Shown in pieces: positions 1 to 10,918 of a DNA stretch of 64,000 nt (position 1 is the stretch's first letter; every line of letters begins with the position of its first letter). The position numbers and the translations under genes are program-made. Below the pieces are notes generated by a model that made no database searches, was not told where the DNA came from, and saw only the letters and a list, made by a program, of their open reading frames with translations. Source of the DNA: Nitrospirota bacterium (GTDB taxonomy: Bacteria > Nitrospirota > Nitrospiria > Nitrospirales > Nitrospiraceae); contig CAVPBK010000006.1 in assembly GCA_963701855.1 (NCBI GenBank), positions 800,001 through 864,000 of the forward strand. The letters run 5' to 3'.

Positions 1-698
1 TTGCCACCGACCGTCGAGGTCCCGAGGGTGAGTGCGCCGCCGTTCGCGAGAGTCACGGAACCGAGCGTGGCGGCCGCGGTCGTATCGAAGGCCGCATTAC
101 CAGCAACACTTAACGCACCGGACTGACTGATCAAGCCGCCTGCTACTGCAGTCAAATTCCCGCTCGCCGTCAGAGCCGTTAGGATCATCGGCGCGTTATC
201 GAATGTGAGCGTCAGGTTACGGAGACTTGTGAGCCCCACAAACGCCGGGACGGTAGCCCCGACGTTCACATTGCGCAGGCCCAGATCACGGATGTTGCTC
301 TGCGTTCCACCGAACAACACTGCACCACCGAAGTTATTCGCCTGCGTGTCGAGCAGGATATCGGAGTCTGCCACGGTCGTGGCCAGTGTAGTCGTGCCAG
401 AAACCGTAATTGCGCCAGTCTCGGTGATCGATCCGCCGGCTGTCACATTCAGATTACCACCCGCTATCAGCGTCAGAGCCGGAAGTGTGATCGGGGCGTT
501 GTCGAACGTCAGGGTCAAGTTGCGCAGATTAGTCAGGCCGGCCAAGGCCGGGATAGTCGCTCCAGCGTTGAGGTTACGCAATCCGACGTCGCGGATGTTG
601 GTCTGGATGCCGCCAAAATCCACGGGGTCGCCGAAGTTGTTGGCTTGCGTGCCGAGCAAGAAGTCTGATCCCACAACGGTGGTGGCCAACGTCGTCGC
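1..698 (-). pseudogene. Continuation of TpsA after a +1 frameshift; open to the window edge
   Basis: Skipping one base at 698/699 gives ATTLATTVVGSDFLLGTQANNFGDPVDFGGIQTNIRDVGLRNLNAG...LTNLRNLTLTFDNA, the same repeat as just upstream, with no stop down to position 1. Confidence 0.85.
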
Positions 699-3600
699 TA
701 CCGCCGACCGTCACGGCACCGGACTGATTGATCGAGCCCCCCGCCGTGAGATTCACATTGCCACTCGCCATCAGGGTCGGTAACGTCATCGCGGCATTAT
801 CGAAGGTCAGTGTCAGGTTCCGCAGATTGGTCAGACCGGCGAGGACCGGCACCGTCGCCCCGGCGTTGACATTCCGCAGCTGCACGTCACGGAGGTTGGT
901 CTGGGTGCCGCCGAAGCTCACGGCGCCGCCGAAGTTGTTCGCCTGAGTATCCAGCAGGATGTCGGTGTTGACTGCCGTGGCCGTGAATGATGTGGTGCCG
1001 GTCACCGCGAGCGCTCCGCTTTGTGAGAGCACGCCGCCCGTCGTAAGGGCAAGATTGCCGCTGAGGGTGGACGCGGCGAGAATCAGCGCGTTAGCGTCAG
1101 CCAGAGCGACGTTGTTGCCGTTGGTGATGCCGACGGTGCTGAAGTCGTTGCCCGCATTGGTCAGTGTGATGTCGTTCGCTCCAGCAGCCAGGGTTGTCAT
1201 CCCAGCGACCGTGAGTGGGCCGCTTTGGGACAGGACGCCATTTATCGTGACGTTGAGATTGCCGCTGACCGTAGAGGCGCCCAGCACCAACGCATTGGTG
1301 TCCGTCAGCGATACATTGTTGCCGCTGGTGATACCGACAGTGCTGAAGTTGTTGCCCACGTTGGTGAGCGTGATGTCATTCGCCACGCCTGCCGCAAGCG
1401 TGGTCGCGCCAGTGACCGCTACCGCACCGTTCTGGGTGATGGCACCGCCGGTGGTGACGTCGAGGCTACCCGAGACGGTCGAGGCACCGAGAACGAGAGC
1501 GTTGGCATCGTTGTATAGGACGTTGCCGGTTGTGTTGGCCGTAAGAGTCGCGACATCGTTCGCACCGTTCGTCAGCTGGTATGGCCCGCTGCCCTGAAGA
1601 CTCAAGGCCGACGCGAGAATCGGTTGGGTCTGTGAGACCAATCCGCCGCTCTGTAACGTAACGGTACCGGCGTTCGCAGTAAGGCCTGCGATGGCAGGAT
1701 GGAAACCATCCACGGTGGCGCTGACACTGCTAACCGCAAATCCGTTCGTGTCAGTAACGCTGATGTTCCCTGCTGTAGTCTGAGCGGCCAAGGTTGTGAC
1801 GTTGTTAGTGGGTTGCGTCAAGCTAATGCCCGTGACGGCGGATAGACCGGCTGTACTGGCCGTGATGGTTCCCGCGGTCTGTGTGATGGTTCCTGTTGTC
1901 GTCAGCCTCAACGAACCGGTACCCACGGTCAGATTGCTGCCCAGACTGATCCCGCCTGATCCGCTGAGGACGCCAAGATTCTGATTTCCACTGACAAAGG
2001 GCGCATTCTCGAAAGTCACAGAGCCAGTGCCGCCGTTCACCACGTTTATGGCGCTTGGGGCTGCCGCGACACCGGTGACAAAGATGTTGCCGGTATGGGT
2101 AGGCCGGCCGATCGTAAAGCTGCCCGCCGTCACGCCGGCGAAATTCGACCCGTAATAAACGTCCGTCACGCGCCCGGTATTCACGTCACCGAACTCAATC
2201 GTTCGCGTCAACACGCTGGGCGCAAGCGAGAACGCGCCAGTACCTACATTGATGCTGGCGCCGTTCGGATTCAACGTGTCGGTGAAGAAATTGATCAGCC
2301 CATTACCGGTTGTCGCGACGGTGGTGCCGCCCGTAAGGTTGATCGCCGGCGCGTCGACGGTGACGCCTGATCCCGCAGCGTTGTTTATGGCATTGCTGCC
2401 GAACGTGACGGTTCCACCGGTCGAGGTCAGGGTGGTGGCTTGATTCATCGTCACGTTGTCGTTGTAGGTTTGATTCCCGGATGTCGTGACGCTTCCACCA
2501 TTGATGGCCGTGGTGCCGCCGGCATTCGTCGTCAGACTCGTGAGAGCCGTTGAATTCCCGACTGCGCTGTTGAATGTTGTCGTGCCGGTGCTGTTGGCCG
2601 TCAGACTGAAGGCGCCGTTGACCGTGCCGTTCATCATAATAGCGCCGTTGCCGGCATTCATGGCAACATTGGTTCCGAGGGTGACCGGGCTATTCAACGT
2701 GATCGCACTATTCGTCGTCGTGAGATTACCGTTGAGCGTGGTCGCTCCGATGTATGTCTGTGTGCCGACTGTGGTGACAGGACCCAGGGCGATAGAACCA
2801 ACAGTGGCACTCAGTGAGGAGAGAGGGGTGGTTCCGCCAATGGCACTCAGAAAATTGATGCCTCCCGTTCCACTGGAGACGGTGAGCTGAGACCCACCAT
2901 TGACCGTTCCGCCGACGGTCATCGTCGTTCCATCTGCGACAGTGAACGCGCTATTTGCGGCTAAGGTAATGGGCCCGGCAAAGGTATTATTCCCGGCGAG
3001 ATTGGCGAGGGTCCCGCCGTTGAGCGTGATGGACTCCGTGGTGCTGTAGTTGATCCCGCCGCTGAAGCCCAGGGTTGCTCCGGCAGCGACTGTCGTCCCA
3101 CCCGCTACTGTCCCCAGCGCATTGTTGACTGCCGCAACCAACGTCCCCGCATTAATATTTGTTACGCCGGTATACGTGTTGTTCCCCGAGAGGGTGAGCG
3201 TTCCCACTCCTTGCTTCGTCAGGCCCCCCGTGCCGCTCAGCACGCCCGAGTAGGTGGTGGACGAGTTGTCTCCGCCGGCGGTCAAGATGCCGCTCCCGAG
3301 CGTGACAGTGCCCGCGCCGGCCAGTGACCCGATCGTCTCGGCAAAGTTGTTCAGATTGAAGGTCGCGCCGCCCGCCACGGTGAGCGCACTGGTATCGGCG
3401 ATGCGGTTTGCCGCACCCAAGGTGAGCGTCCCCGCGTTGATGGTCGTCGCACCCGTGTACGTGTTCGCGCCCGAGAGCGTGAAGATCCCCGTACCTTGCT
3501 TCGTCAATCCTCCGGCGCCGCTCAAGATCCCGGTATAGGTGGTCGTGCCATTGTTCCCACCCGTGGTCAGCGTGCCGGCACCGAGCGTGACGTTGCCTCC

Positions 3601-6600
3601 AGCGGCCCCGCCGCCCGCGAGCGAGCCGATCGTTTCGCTGGTGCCGTTGAGATCCAGGGTCGCGCCCGCAACATTCGCAAGCGTGACGGCGGACGTATCG
3701 GCGATGGCCGCGCCCCCGGCCACCTGCACGGTGCCCGCATTGATCGTCGTCGCGCCGGTATAGGTATTGGCGCCCGAGAGCGTGAAGATCCCGGCCCCGG
3801 CTTTGGTCAGCCCACCGGTCCCGCTCAGCACGCCCGAGTAGGTCGTGTTCGTCGCATCGCCCGTGGTGAGCGTCGCGGATCCTAACGTCACAGCACCGGC
3901 CCCACTCAAGGACCCGATCGTCTCGGCAAAGCTATTCAGGTCGAAGGTGGCCCCCGCATTGACCGTAACAGCATTGGTGTCTGCGATGCGGTTCGATGCA
4001 CCGAGTTGCAAAGTGCCTGCATTGATGGTCGTCGCACCCGTGTAGGTGTTGACCCCTCCATAGATGAGCGTACCGTTGCCGTCCTTCGTTAAGGCACCGG
4101 CGCCGGAGATCACTCCATTTTCAGTCAGTGTGGTTCCCACCGCACTGGTGATGGTTTCCGAGCCAGCGGCGAGGCTGATGGGTCCGGCGAAGATATTGTT
4201 ACCGGCCAGATTGCTGAGGGTTGCGCCAGTATTGAGTGTGACCGATTCCGCGGTGGCATAATTGATCCCGCCGCTGAAGCCCAGGGTTGCTCCGGCAGCG
4301 ACTGTCGTCCCACCCGCTACTGTCCCCAGCGCGTTGTTGACTGCCGCAACCAACGTTCCCGCATTGACGTTTGTTACGCCGGTATACGTGTTATTCCCCG
4401 AGAGGGTGAGCGTTCCCACTCCTTGCTTCGTCAGGCCCCCCGTGCCGCTCAGCACGCCCGAGTAGGTGGTGGACGAGTTGTCTCCGCCGGCGGTCAGGAT
4501 GCCGCTCCCGAGCGTGACAGTGCCCGCGCCGGCCAGTGACCCGATCGTCTCGGCAAAGTTGTTCAGATTGAAGGTCGCGCCGCCCGCCACGGTGAGCGCA
4601 CTGGTATCGGCGATGCGGTTTGCCGCGCCCAAGGTGAGCGTCCCCGCGTTGATGGTCGTCGCACCCGTGTACGTGTTCGCGCCCGAGAGGGTGAAGATCC
4701 CGGTCCCGGCTTTAGTCAGGCCGCCCGTCCCGCTCAGCACGCCCGAATACGTCGTCGCGGCATTATTCCCTCCAGCGGTGAGCGTGCCCACGCCGAGCGC
4801 CACATTGCCACCAAGGGCACCCCCGCCGGCTAATGACCCGATCGTTTCGTTCGTGCCGTTGAGATCCAATGTGGCGCCCGCGACATTGGCAAGGGTGACG
4901 GCGGACGTATCGGCAATGGCCGCGCCCCCGGCCACCTGCAACGTCCCGGCATTGATGGTGGTGGCACCGGTATAGGTATTGGCGCCCGAGAGCGTGAAGA
5001 TCCCGGCCCCGGCTTTGGTCAGCCCACCGGTCCCGCTCAGCACGCCCGAGTAGGTGGTGGACGAGTTGTCTCCGCCGGCGGTCAAGATGCCGCTCCCGAG
5101 CGTGACAGTGCCCGCGCCGGCCAGTGACCCGATCGTCTCGGCAAAGTTGTTCAGATTGAAGGTCGCGCCGCCCGCCACGGTGAGCGCACTGGTATCGGCG
5201 ATGCGGTTTGCCGCACCCAAGGTGAGCGTCCCCGCGTTGATGGTCGTCGCACCCGTGTACGTGTTCGCGCCCGAGAGCGTGAAGATCCCCGTACCTTGCT
5301 TCGTCAATCCTCCGGCGCCGCTCAAGATCCCGGTATAGGTGGTCGTGCCATTGTTCCCACCCGTGGTCAGCGTGCCGGCACCGAGCGTGACGTTGCCTCC
5401 AGCGGCCCCGCCGCCCGCGAGCGAGCCGATCGTTTCGCTGGTGCCGTTGAGATCCAGGGTCGCGCCCGCAACATTCGCAAGCGTGACGGCGGACGTATCG
5501 GCGATGGCCGCGCCCCCGGCCACCTGCACGATGCCCGCATTGATCGTCGTCGCGCCGGTATAGGTATTGACGCCCGAGAGCGTGAAGATCCCGGCCCCGG
5601 CTTTGGTCAGCCCACCGGTCCCGCTCAGCACGCCCGAGTAGGTCGTGTTCGTCGCATCGCCCGTGGTGAGCGTCGCGGATCCTAACGTCACAGCACCGGC
5701 CCCACTCAAGGACCCGATCGTCTCGGCAAAGCTATTCAGGTCGAAGGTGGCCCCCGCGGCCACGGTGAGCGCACTCGTATTGGCGATCCGGTTTGCCGCG
5801 CCCAAGGTGAGCGTCCCCGCGTTGATGGTCGTCGCGCCGGTATACGTGTTATTCCCCGAGAGGGTGAGCGTTCCCACTCCTTGCTTCGTCAGGCCCCCCG
5901 TGCCGCTCAGCACGCCCGAGTAGGTGGTGGACGAGTTGTCTCCGCCGGCGGTCAGGATGCCGCTCCCGAGCGTGACAGTGCCCGCGCCGGCCAGTGACCC
6001 GATCGTCTCGGCAAAGTTGTTCAGATTGAAGGTCGCGCCGCCCGCCACGGTGAGCGCACTGGTATCGGCGATGCGGTTTGCCGCGCCCAAGGTGAGCGTC
6101 CCCGCGTTGATGGTCGTCGCACCCGTGTACGTGTTCGCGCCCGAGAGGGTGAAGATCCCGGTCCCGGCTTTAGTCAGGCCGCCCGTCCCGCTCAGCACGC
6201 CCGAATACGTCGTCGCGGCATTATTCCCTCCAGCGGTGAGCGTGCCCACGCCGAGCGCCACATTGCCACCAAGGGCACCCCCGCCGGCTAATGACCCGAT
6301 CGTTTCGTTCGTGCCGTTGAGATCCAATGTGGCGCCCGCGACATTGGCAAGGGTGACGGCGGACGTATCGGCAATGGCCGCGCCCCCGGCCACCTGCAGC
6401 GTCCCGGCATTGATGGTGGTGGCACCGGTATAGGTATTGGCGCCCGAGAGCGTGAAGATCCCGGCCCCGGCTTTGGTCAGCCCACCGGTCCCGCTCAGCA
6501 CGCCCGAGTAGGTGGTGGACGAGTTGTCTCCGCCGGCGGTCAAGATGCCGGTCCCGAGCGTGACAGTGCCCGCGCCGGCCAGTGACCCGATCGTCTCGGC

Positions 6601-8709
6601 AAAGTTGTTCAGATTGAAGGTCGCGCCGCCCGCCACGGTGAGCGCACTGGTATCGGCGATGCGGTTTGCCGCACCCAAGGTGAGCGTCCCCGCGTTGATG
6701 GTCGTCGCACCCGTGTACGTGTTCGCGCCCGAGAGCGTGAAGATCCCCGTACCTTGCTTCGTCAATCCTCCGGCGCCGCTGATGACGCCGCTAATCGTTA
6801 ACGCACCGGCATTGTTCAGGGAAAGCGACCCGGTACCGAACGCCACATTTCCGGCAACGGTCGAGGCAGTCGTCGATTGCAATGAGATCGTTCCGGCGGT
6901 GGTTGTTAGCGCTTGCGCTGTAATACCGCCTGGACTAAATGGCCCGACGGCCGAGGTACCTATCGTGAGAGAGATGTTCCCGCTCCCAGCATTTAATGTG
7001 GTGCCCGCTCCCATCGTGATGTTTCCGACTCCGGCCAGCCGATCTGCCGCTGTAGCGGCGAAATCGTTTGCAGTGAGAGAGATGTTCCCGTTGGTCGTAC
7101 TTACGTTTGCATTGACGGCGATCGAACGACCGGCCTGCATCGTAATTCCGACTCCGGCATTGGTCATCGCGATGGCGTTGGTAACAGTGATGTCGGTATT
7201 GGCCTGGAGGACGACGTTGGCCAATTGGCCATTGATGCTCGCCGGCGTAATTGTGGTTGTGGCACCGATGTTGTTGCCGAACAGATTATTTACTCCATTG
7301 TTGTATGCCACGCCTGCCGCGGCGATCGTAATGTTTCGAGGATCTAGCAACAGAGTACCCGCTCTGCCGAACGGCGCCAGTGCGTTGACCGTTCCGGCGA
7401 TGCCCAGGTTTTCCTTGCTGGAGAGCTCGACAAATCCGCCGTTGCCGCCCAGTTCGCCGCCGCGTGCAAGGATGGTCGCTCCGCTATCAAAGAACGTATT
7501 GTGATCCGACCAGACACGCAGCCGACCTCCGGAAGAGTGGCCGATTCCGCTGATGTCGATGGTGCTGCCGCTTGCCAGCACCGTGCGTGTCGTCGAAGCG
7601 ATGACCACGTCTCCGCCATTCACACCCTCTGCTCCCGTAGCCACAATCGAACCGAACTGTCCAACCCGCTCCCCCACCATTGTCACAGATCCCTGCGCTG
7701 CATTCGGTGCTACGGCTGCCACATCGATCGTACCTGTATTGACGACGGCGCCACTCACATCGCCGGACGGGCGCATTGCTCCAGCCGTCGTAGCTGCGAC
7801 CAGCCTCTCGTCTCCGCCGAGGAGCTGAACCACTCCTCCATGATTCTCGAAGCTGCGAGCTCGGATCACGCCGCTCTGATTCACGACGGAGGAGAAGATG
7901 TCCCCGGAGGCTTTGGCCTGCAGAATGACGTGGCCACCATCGGCTTGGATCGTGCCTGTATTGCTAACCGCTGAGCTGAGGGGCTTGCCATCAACACCTA
8001 TCACTTGATCCAGCACCTTACCACCGAGGACGTAATTGATGAGGCCGTCTCCCATCAAGTCGACCGTGAGCGTCTTGCCTGAGGCTAAGACGGCGGTGCC
8101 GAGATTTGCGACTATCATACCCTCGTTCGACACTCCAGGAGCAGCGAGCACCACGAAGCCGTGGTCGGACACATGAATCGTGCCTTGGTTCACCACGGAC
8201 TTAAGACTCATGAGCGGATCTTGTGCGAAAAGGTACCGGCCTGCCATGAAGTCATCGTCACGAATTTGCAGCGTGGTGGCGAGCAATCCGCCGACGTCGA
8301 TCTGGGCACCGGCGCCGAAGAGGATGCCGTTCGGGTTTAAGAGGAAGATGCGACCATTCGATTGCAGGTGTCCAAGAATCACAGAGGGATCGGTTCCAAT
8401 CACCCGATTTAATGCGATCGAATGCACCGATGGTTGCACAAAATGAACGGTTTCATCCCCTGCGATCGAAAAGCTTTTCCAGTTGAGAATGGCCTTGTCG
8501 GTAGTCTGTTGTATATCCAGCTGGTGCGGATTGACCTGTTGAATGGTTGCATGGCCGCCGACCACGTTGCCATCGATTGGAAGGGCCACGACCAGGCTCG
8601 GCAAGAACAGCTGGAGTGAAGCCAAGACAGCACAGAGGGCTCGGTACGGATTTGAAAATCCACGCCACCGGCTTCCGACTGCGATCTTCCGAGAACTCCT
8701 GTTGGTCAT
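574..8709 (-). CDS. TpsA / filamentous-haemagglutinin-like exoprotein with 13 passenger-associated (autotransporter beta-strand) repeats; true frame shifts at ~699
   Basis: Signal peptide ...LFLPSLVVA-LP, TPS domain motifs (QQTTDKAILNWKSFSI, NRVIG, LNPNG), repeated GGLTKxGxGxxTLSGxNTYTGATTINAGTL, directly downstream of a TpsB. The last ~41 aa of the ORF-track call are out of frame. Confidence 0.9.
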   Translation of the reverse strand: MTNRSSRKIAVGSRWRGFSNPYRALCAVLASLQLFLPSLVVALPIDGNVVGGHATIQQVNPHQLDIQQTTDKAILNWKSFSIAGDETVHFVQPSVHSIALNRVIGTDPSVILGHLQSNGRIFLLNPNGILFGAGAQIDVGGLLATTLQIRDDDFMAGRYLFAQDPLMSLKSVVNQGTIHVSDHGFVVLAAPGVSNEGMIVANLGTAVLASGKTLTVDLMGDGLINYVLGGKVLDQVIGVDGKPLSSAVSNTGTIQADGGHVILQAKASGDIFSSVVNQSGVIRARSFENHGGVVQLLGGDERLVAATTAGAMRPSGDVSGAVVNTGTIDVAAVAPNAAQGSVTMVGERVGQFGSIVATGAEGVNGGDVVIASTTRTVLASGSTIDISGIGHSSGGRLRVWSDHNTFFDSGATILARGGELGGNGGFVELSSKENLGIAGTVNALAPFGRAGTLLLDPRNITIAAAGVAYNNGVNNLFGNNIGATTTITPASINGQLANVVLQANTDITVTNAIAMTNAGVGITMQAGRSIAVNANVSTTNGNISLTANDFAATAADRLAGVGNITMGAGTTLNAGSGNISLTIGTSAVGPFSPGGITAQALTTTAGTISLQSTTASTVAGNVAFGTGSLSLNNAGALTISGVISGAGGLTKQGTGIFTLSGANTYTGATTINAGTLTLGAANRIADTSALTVAGGATFNLNNFAETIGSLAGAGTVTLGTGILTAGGDNSSTTYSGVLSGTGGLTKAGAGIFTLSGANTYTGATTINAGTLQVAGGAAIADTSAVTLANVAGATLDLNGTNETIGSLAGGGALGGNVALGVGTLTAGGNNAATTYSGVLSGTGGLTKAGTGIFTLSGANTYTGATTINAGTLTLGAANRIADTSALTVAGGATFNLNNFAETIGSLAGAGTVTLGSGILTAGGDNSSTTYSGVLSGTGGLTKQGVGTLTLSGNNTYTGATTINAGTLTLGAANRIANTSALTVAAGATFDLNSFAETIGSLSGAGAVTLGSATLTTGDATNTTYSGVLSGTGGLTKAGAGIFTLSGVNTYTGATTINAGIVQVAGGAAIADTSAVTLANVAGATLDLNGTSETIGSLAGGGAAGGNVTLGAGTLTTGGNNGTTTYTGILSGAGGLTKQGTGIFTLSGANTYTGATTINAGTLTLGAANRIADTSALTVAGGATFNLNNFAETIGSLAGAGTVTLGSGILTAGGDNSSTTYSGVLSGTGGLTKAGAGIFTLSGANTYTGATTINAGTLQVAGGAAIADTSAVTLANVAGATLDLNGTNETIGSLAGGGALGGNVALGVGTLTAGGNNAATTYSGVLSGTGGLTKAGTGIFTLSGANTYTGATTINAGTLTLGAANRIADTSALTVAGGATFNLNNFAETIGSLAGAGTVTLGSGILTAGGDNSSTTYSGVLSGTGGLTKQGVGTLTLSGNNTYTGVTNVNAGTLVAAVNNALGTVAGGTTVAAGATLGFSGGINYATAESVTLNTGATLSNLAGNNIFAGPISLAAGSETITSAVGTTLTENGVISGAGALTKDGNGTLIYGGVNTYTGATTINAGTLQLGASNRIADTNAVTVNAGATFDLNSFAETIGSLSGAGAVTLGSATLTTGDATNTTYSGVLSGTGGLTKAGAGIFTLSGANTYTGATTINAGTVQVAGGAAIADTSAVTLANVAGATLDLNGTSETIGSLAGGGAAGGNVTLGAGTLTTGGNNGTTTYTGILSGAGGLTKQGTGIFTLSGANTYTGATTINAGTLTLGAANRIADTSALTVAGGATFNLNNFAETIGSLAGAGTVTLGSGILTAGGDNSSTTYSGVLSGTGGLTKQGVGTLTLSGNNTYTGVTNINAGTLVAAVNNALGTVAGGTTVAAGATLGFSGGINYSTTESITLNGGTLANLAGNNTFAGPITLAANSAFTVADGTTMTVGGTVNGGSQLTVSSGTGGINFLSAIGGTTPLSSLSATVGSIALGPVTTVGTQTYIGATTLNGNLTTTNSAITLNSPVTLGTNVAMNAGNGAIMMNGTVNGAFSLTANSTGTTTFNSAVGNSTALTSLTTNAGGTTAINGGSVTTSGNQTYNDNVTMNQATTLTSTGGTVTFGSNAINNAAGSGVTVDAPAINLTGGTTVATTGNGLINFFTDTLNPNGASINVGTGAFSLAPSVLTRTIEFGDVNTGRVTDVYYGSNFAGVTAGSFTIGRPTHTGNIFVTGVAAAPSAINVVNGGTGSVTFENAPFVSGNQNLGVLSGSGGISLGSNLTVGTGSLRLTTTGTITQTAGTITASTAGLSAVTGISLTQPTNNVTTLAAQTTAGNISVTDTNGFAVSSVSATVDGFHPAIAGLTANAGTVTLQSGGLVSQTQPILASALSLQGSGPYQLTNGANDVATLTANTTGNVLYNDANALVLGASTVSGSLDVTTGGAITQNGAVAVTGATTLAAGVANDITLTNVGNNFSTVGITSGNNVSLTDTNALVLGASTVSGNLNVTINGVLSQSGPLTVAGMTTLAAGANDITLTNAGNDFSTVGITNGNNVALADANALILAASTLSGNLALTTGGVLSQSGALAVTGTTSFTATAVNTDILLDTQANNFGGAVSFGGTQTNLRDVQLRNVNAGATVPVLAGLTNLRNLTLTFDNAAMTLPTLMASGNVNLTAGGSINQSGAVTVGGSDDVGHHRCGIRLLARHASQQLRRPRGFWRHPDQHPRRRIA
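3233..6780. repeat. Near-identical intragenic direct repeats in tpsA
   Basis: 3233-3957 matches 5033-5757 (offset 1800) and 4377-5322 matches 5835-6780 (offset 1458), each with about two mismatches by eye; 3050-3253 resembles 4262-4465. Confidence 0.9.
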
Positions 8710-8895
8710 CTTTCCAGTGGGCTCCTTCTATGTAGATGATCGCAGTTACATGGAGAAAAGTCGTTATACAAACGATATGCCTCGGAGGGACTATCCCGAA
8801 TGAATGCAAGGCAATACTGCTGTTCTAACGAGTGACAACGAATCACAGTGGACATCATTGTTACCTTTGGCCAGAAAGAGTCACTCGCATGCTCC

Positions 8896-10512
8896 TTAGA
8901 ACCGTGCAATGGCTTGTAAATAGAAGATCGGAGAACGGTCTCCGGCAATAGTTCCCCCGGCCGGCGTGGGGCCGATGGGAAACCCGACATCGAATCGCAA
9001 CCTGGTTGAAAAATAGGGCAACTCTGTCTGCAAGCCGACACCAGTGCCGGTCAAGCTGCTGGAGGGCTGTTCGCCTGGCTGGGGATTGCGCAACAGCCCG
9101 GCACCATGGTCGATGAAGACTGCTGCTTGCGTCGAGCCAAGCACCGACGGGAAGAACGGGACGCGCGTTTCAGCCGAGACGGTATAGCCCTCGTCGACGA
9201 ACCGCTCGCCGAGCTGATAGCCTCGCACCGAATCCGGTCCACCCAACAGCATCTGTTCGATGACCACGACCGGCCCTGTCGTGGCTTGCCCATTCGCTCG
9301 TACGACCAGCAGCGCGCCGTGGCCGAGACTCTGAATGCGTCCGGTATACAGTGTCGCTTTCGTGAAACGATCGTCGGCCCCCTGTCTCGAGGTCTGTGGT
9401 GCGTTATTATCCATGCCGCCCAACATCTCGCCGAGCCCCTGGAAACCATACAGGGAGAAATAGGTTCGGCCAGACAGGTCGAGCCGATCGTAATTCACGC
9501 CGAGCTTGGCCAGACGGATTCCGTCATCACCAGTAAGACTGCCCAAAGTAAAGAGCCGACTGTCTTTCGACGCGAACCCGGCTTCGGCCATCAACGTCTG
9601 AAATCGCGTCTTGATGAAGGGGTGGGTCACAGAGATGTCGTACGTTTTGATGGTGCCGTGGATCTGTAATGCGGCCAACTCGGCCCCAACGTCGAATCGG
9701 CCATCGGAGCCTGAGAGGACCAACTTGGTTCCGTGAACTCCAATGGGAACGGCATAGGCTCCGATGAGGAACAACAAACGATCCGGATCTTGGCCCATGA
9801 TTCCGTTGAGGTTCAGTGTTGCGCCGTCGAACAGCACGTTGCCGACTTCGATACCGGCCCCGAAACGGTTTCGCGAGATCCGATTGAAGCCGTAGTTGTT
9901 GTAATCCAACGTGGCGTGAATCGGCAGCTTGTCTTCAGCTTTGACGTGCACATTCGTCGATCCAGTCGAGGCGCCCGGCTCCAGTAAAGCGGAGACCTTC
10001 AGGTTTGGATACTCGTTGAGCAGAAGCAGCGCACGCTCGAGCGCGACGTTCCGGACAACTTTATCCTCCATGGCTTGGGCGAACCTGCCGCGAATGAATT
10101 CGGTCGAATAATGCTGATTGCCGGTGACGAAGATTTCTCCGACTCGGCCTTCCAAAATTGCGATGGTGACCACGCCGAATCGGATTTGTTGTTGCGGCAC
10201 GTAGGTCGTCGCGAGCGTGTAACCTCTCTGTTTGTAGAGACCTGTGACGCTAGCCGCGACCTCCTCGAGTCCAGACAGGGTGAGTAAGCGGCCGACGCTA
10301 GGCTGAGTGAGCGCTTCCAGCTCGGCTTGCGATATCACCGTGTTTCCGGTGAAAGAAAATCCCTTCACCAGCAGGCTGTCGTTAGGGGCAGTTGGTTCGG
10401 CAAAGGTTGGTGACGAGAAGCCAAACAGACACGTACTGAGTAAGAGGATGAACCACCAGCCGATTCGTCGATGTCCTGGGTAAGGTATGTGGTCCATCCG
10501 TTGTCGCTTCAC
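8896..10512 (-). CDS. TpsB (ShlB/FhaC/HecB family) outer-membrane transporter
   Basis: Signal peptide, POTRA segment (FSFTGNTVIS...YKQRGY...VPQQ), VRGY motif, C-terminal F; start may be ATG at 10497. Confidence 0.9.
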   Translation of the reverse strand: MKRQRMDHIPYPGHRRIGWWFILLLSTCLFGFSSPTFAEPTAPNDSLLVKGFSFTGNTVISQAELEALTQPSVGRLLTLSGLEEVAASVTGLYKQRGYTLATTYVPQQQIRFGVVTIAILEGRVGEIFVTGNQHYSTEFIRGRFAQAMEDKVVRNVALERALLLLNEYPNLKVSALLEPGASTGSTNVHVKAEDKLPIHATLDYNNYGFNRISRNRFGAGIEVGNVLFDGATLNLNGIMGQDPDRLLFLIGAYAVPIGVHGTKLVLSGSDGRFDVGAELAALQIHGTIKTYDISVTHPFIKTRFQTLMAEAGFASKDSRLFTLGSLTGDDGIRLAKLGVNYDRLDLSGRTYFSLYGFQGLGEMLGGMDNNAPQTSRQGADDRFTKATLYTGRIQSLGHGALLVVRANGQATTGPVVVIEQMLLGGPDSVRGYQLGERFVDEGYTVSAETRVPFFPSVLGSTQAAVFIDHGAGLLRNPQPGEQPSSSLTGTGVGLQTELPYFSTRLRFDVGFPIGPTPAGGTIAGDRSPIFYLQAIARF

Positions 10513-10918
10513 TTTGCCATCAAGCTATGCCAAGATATTCAACAATTGACGCGCATCCACATTTCGCAATGAGGTCGCAAGCTTGTTGACGTGGATTTTG
10601 ATCTTGAGTCTTGCGTCGGCCTGGTCCGGCTGTGCGATTCACCCAAATCCTTCGTCGGAATCCCGTACGAAGGATTCGGTCGAGGGCCAGCCCCCTTCGG
10701 ACGTCGAAAACACAGAACCGCCAAGACGACCAGCAACAACCTGCCCACCAGGGATGCGTGGATCTTGCTAACTGTGTGATTTCAAGCAAGATGGGCGCGA
10801 CTAGGGTCATTTGACCCTAGCGTGGAATAGAGAACAAGGCAATGAAATATCTGTTTTTATACGTAGTAGCCACGCGGCGAGGGATTCACCCTTCTACCGC
10901 TCTCTCTGACGATTGATC

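Noticed and set aside
205..8446. Many plus-strand Val/Pro/Ala-rich ORFs
   Set aside because: Antisense shadows of the repetitive tpsA codons.
574..10512. CDI toxin system
   Set aside because: No VENN/pretoxin or immunity gene visible, and the C-terminus lies outside the window, so it cannot be supported.
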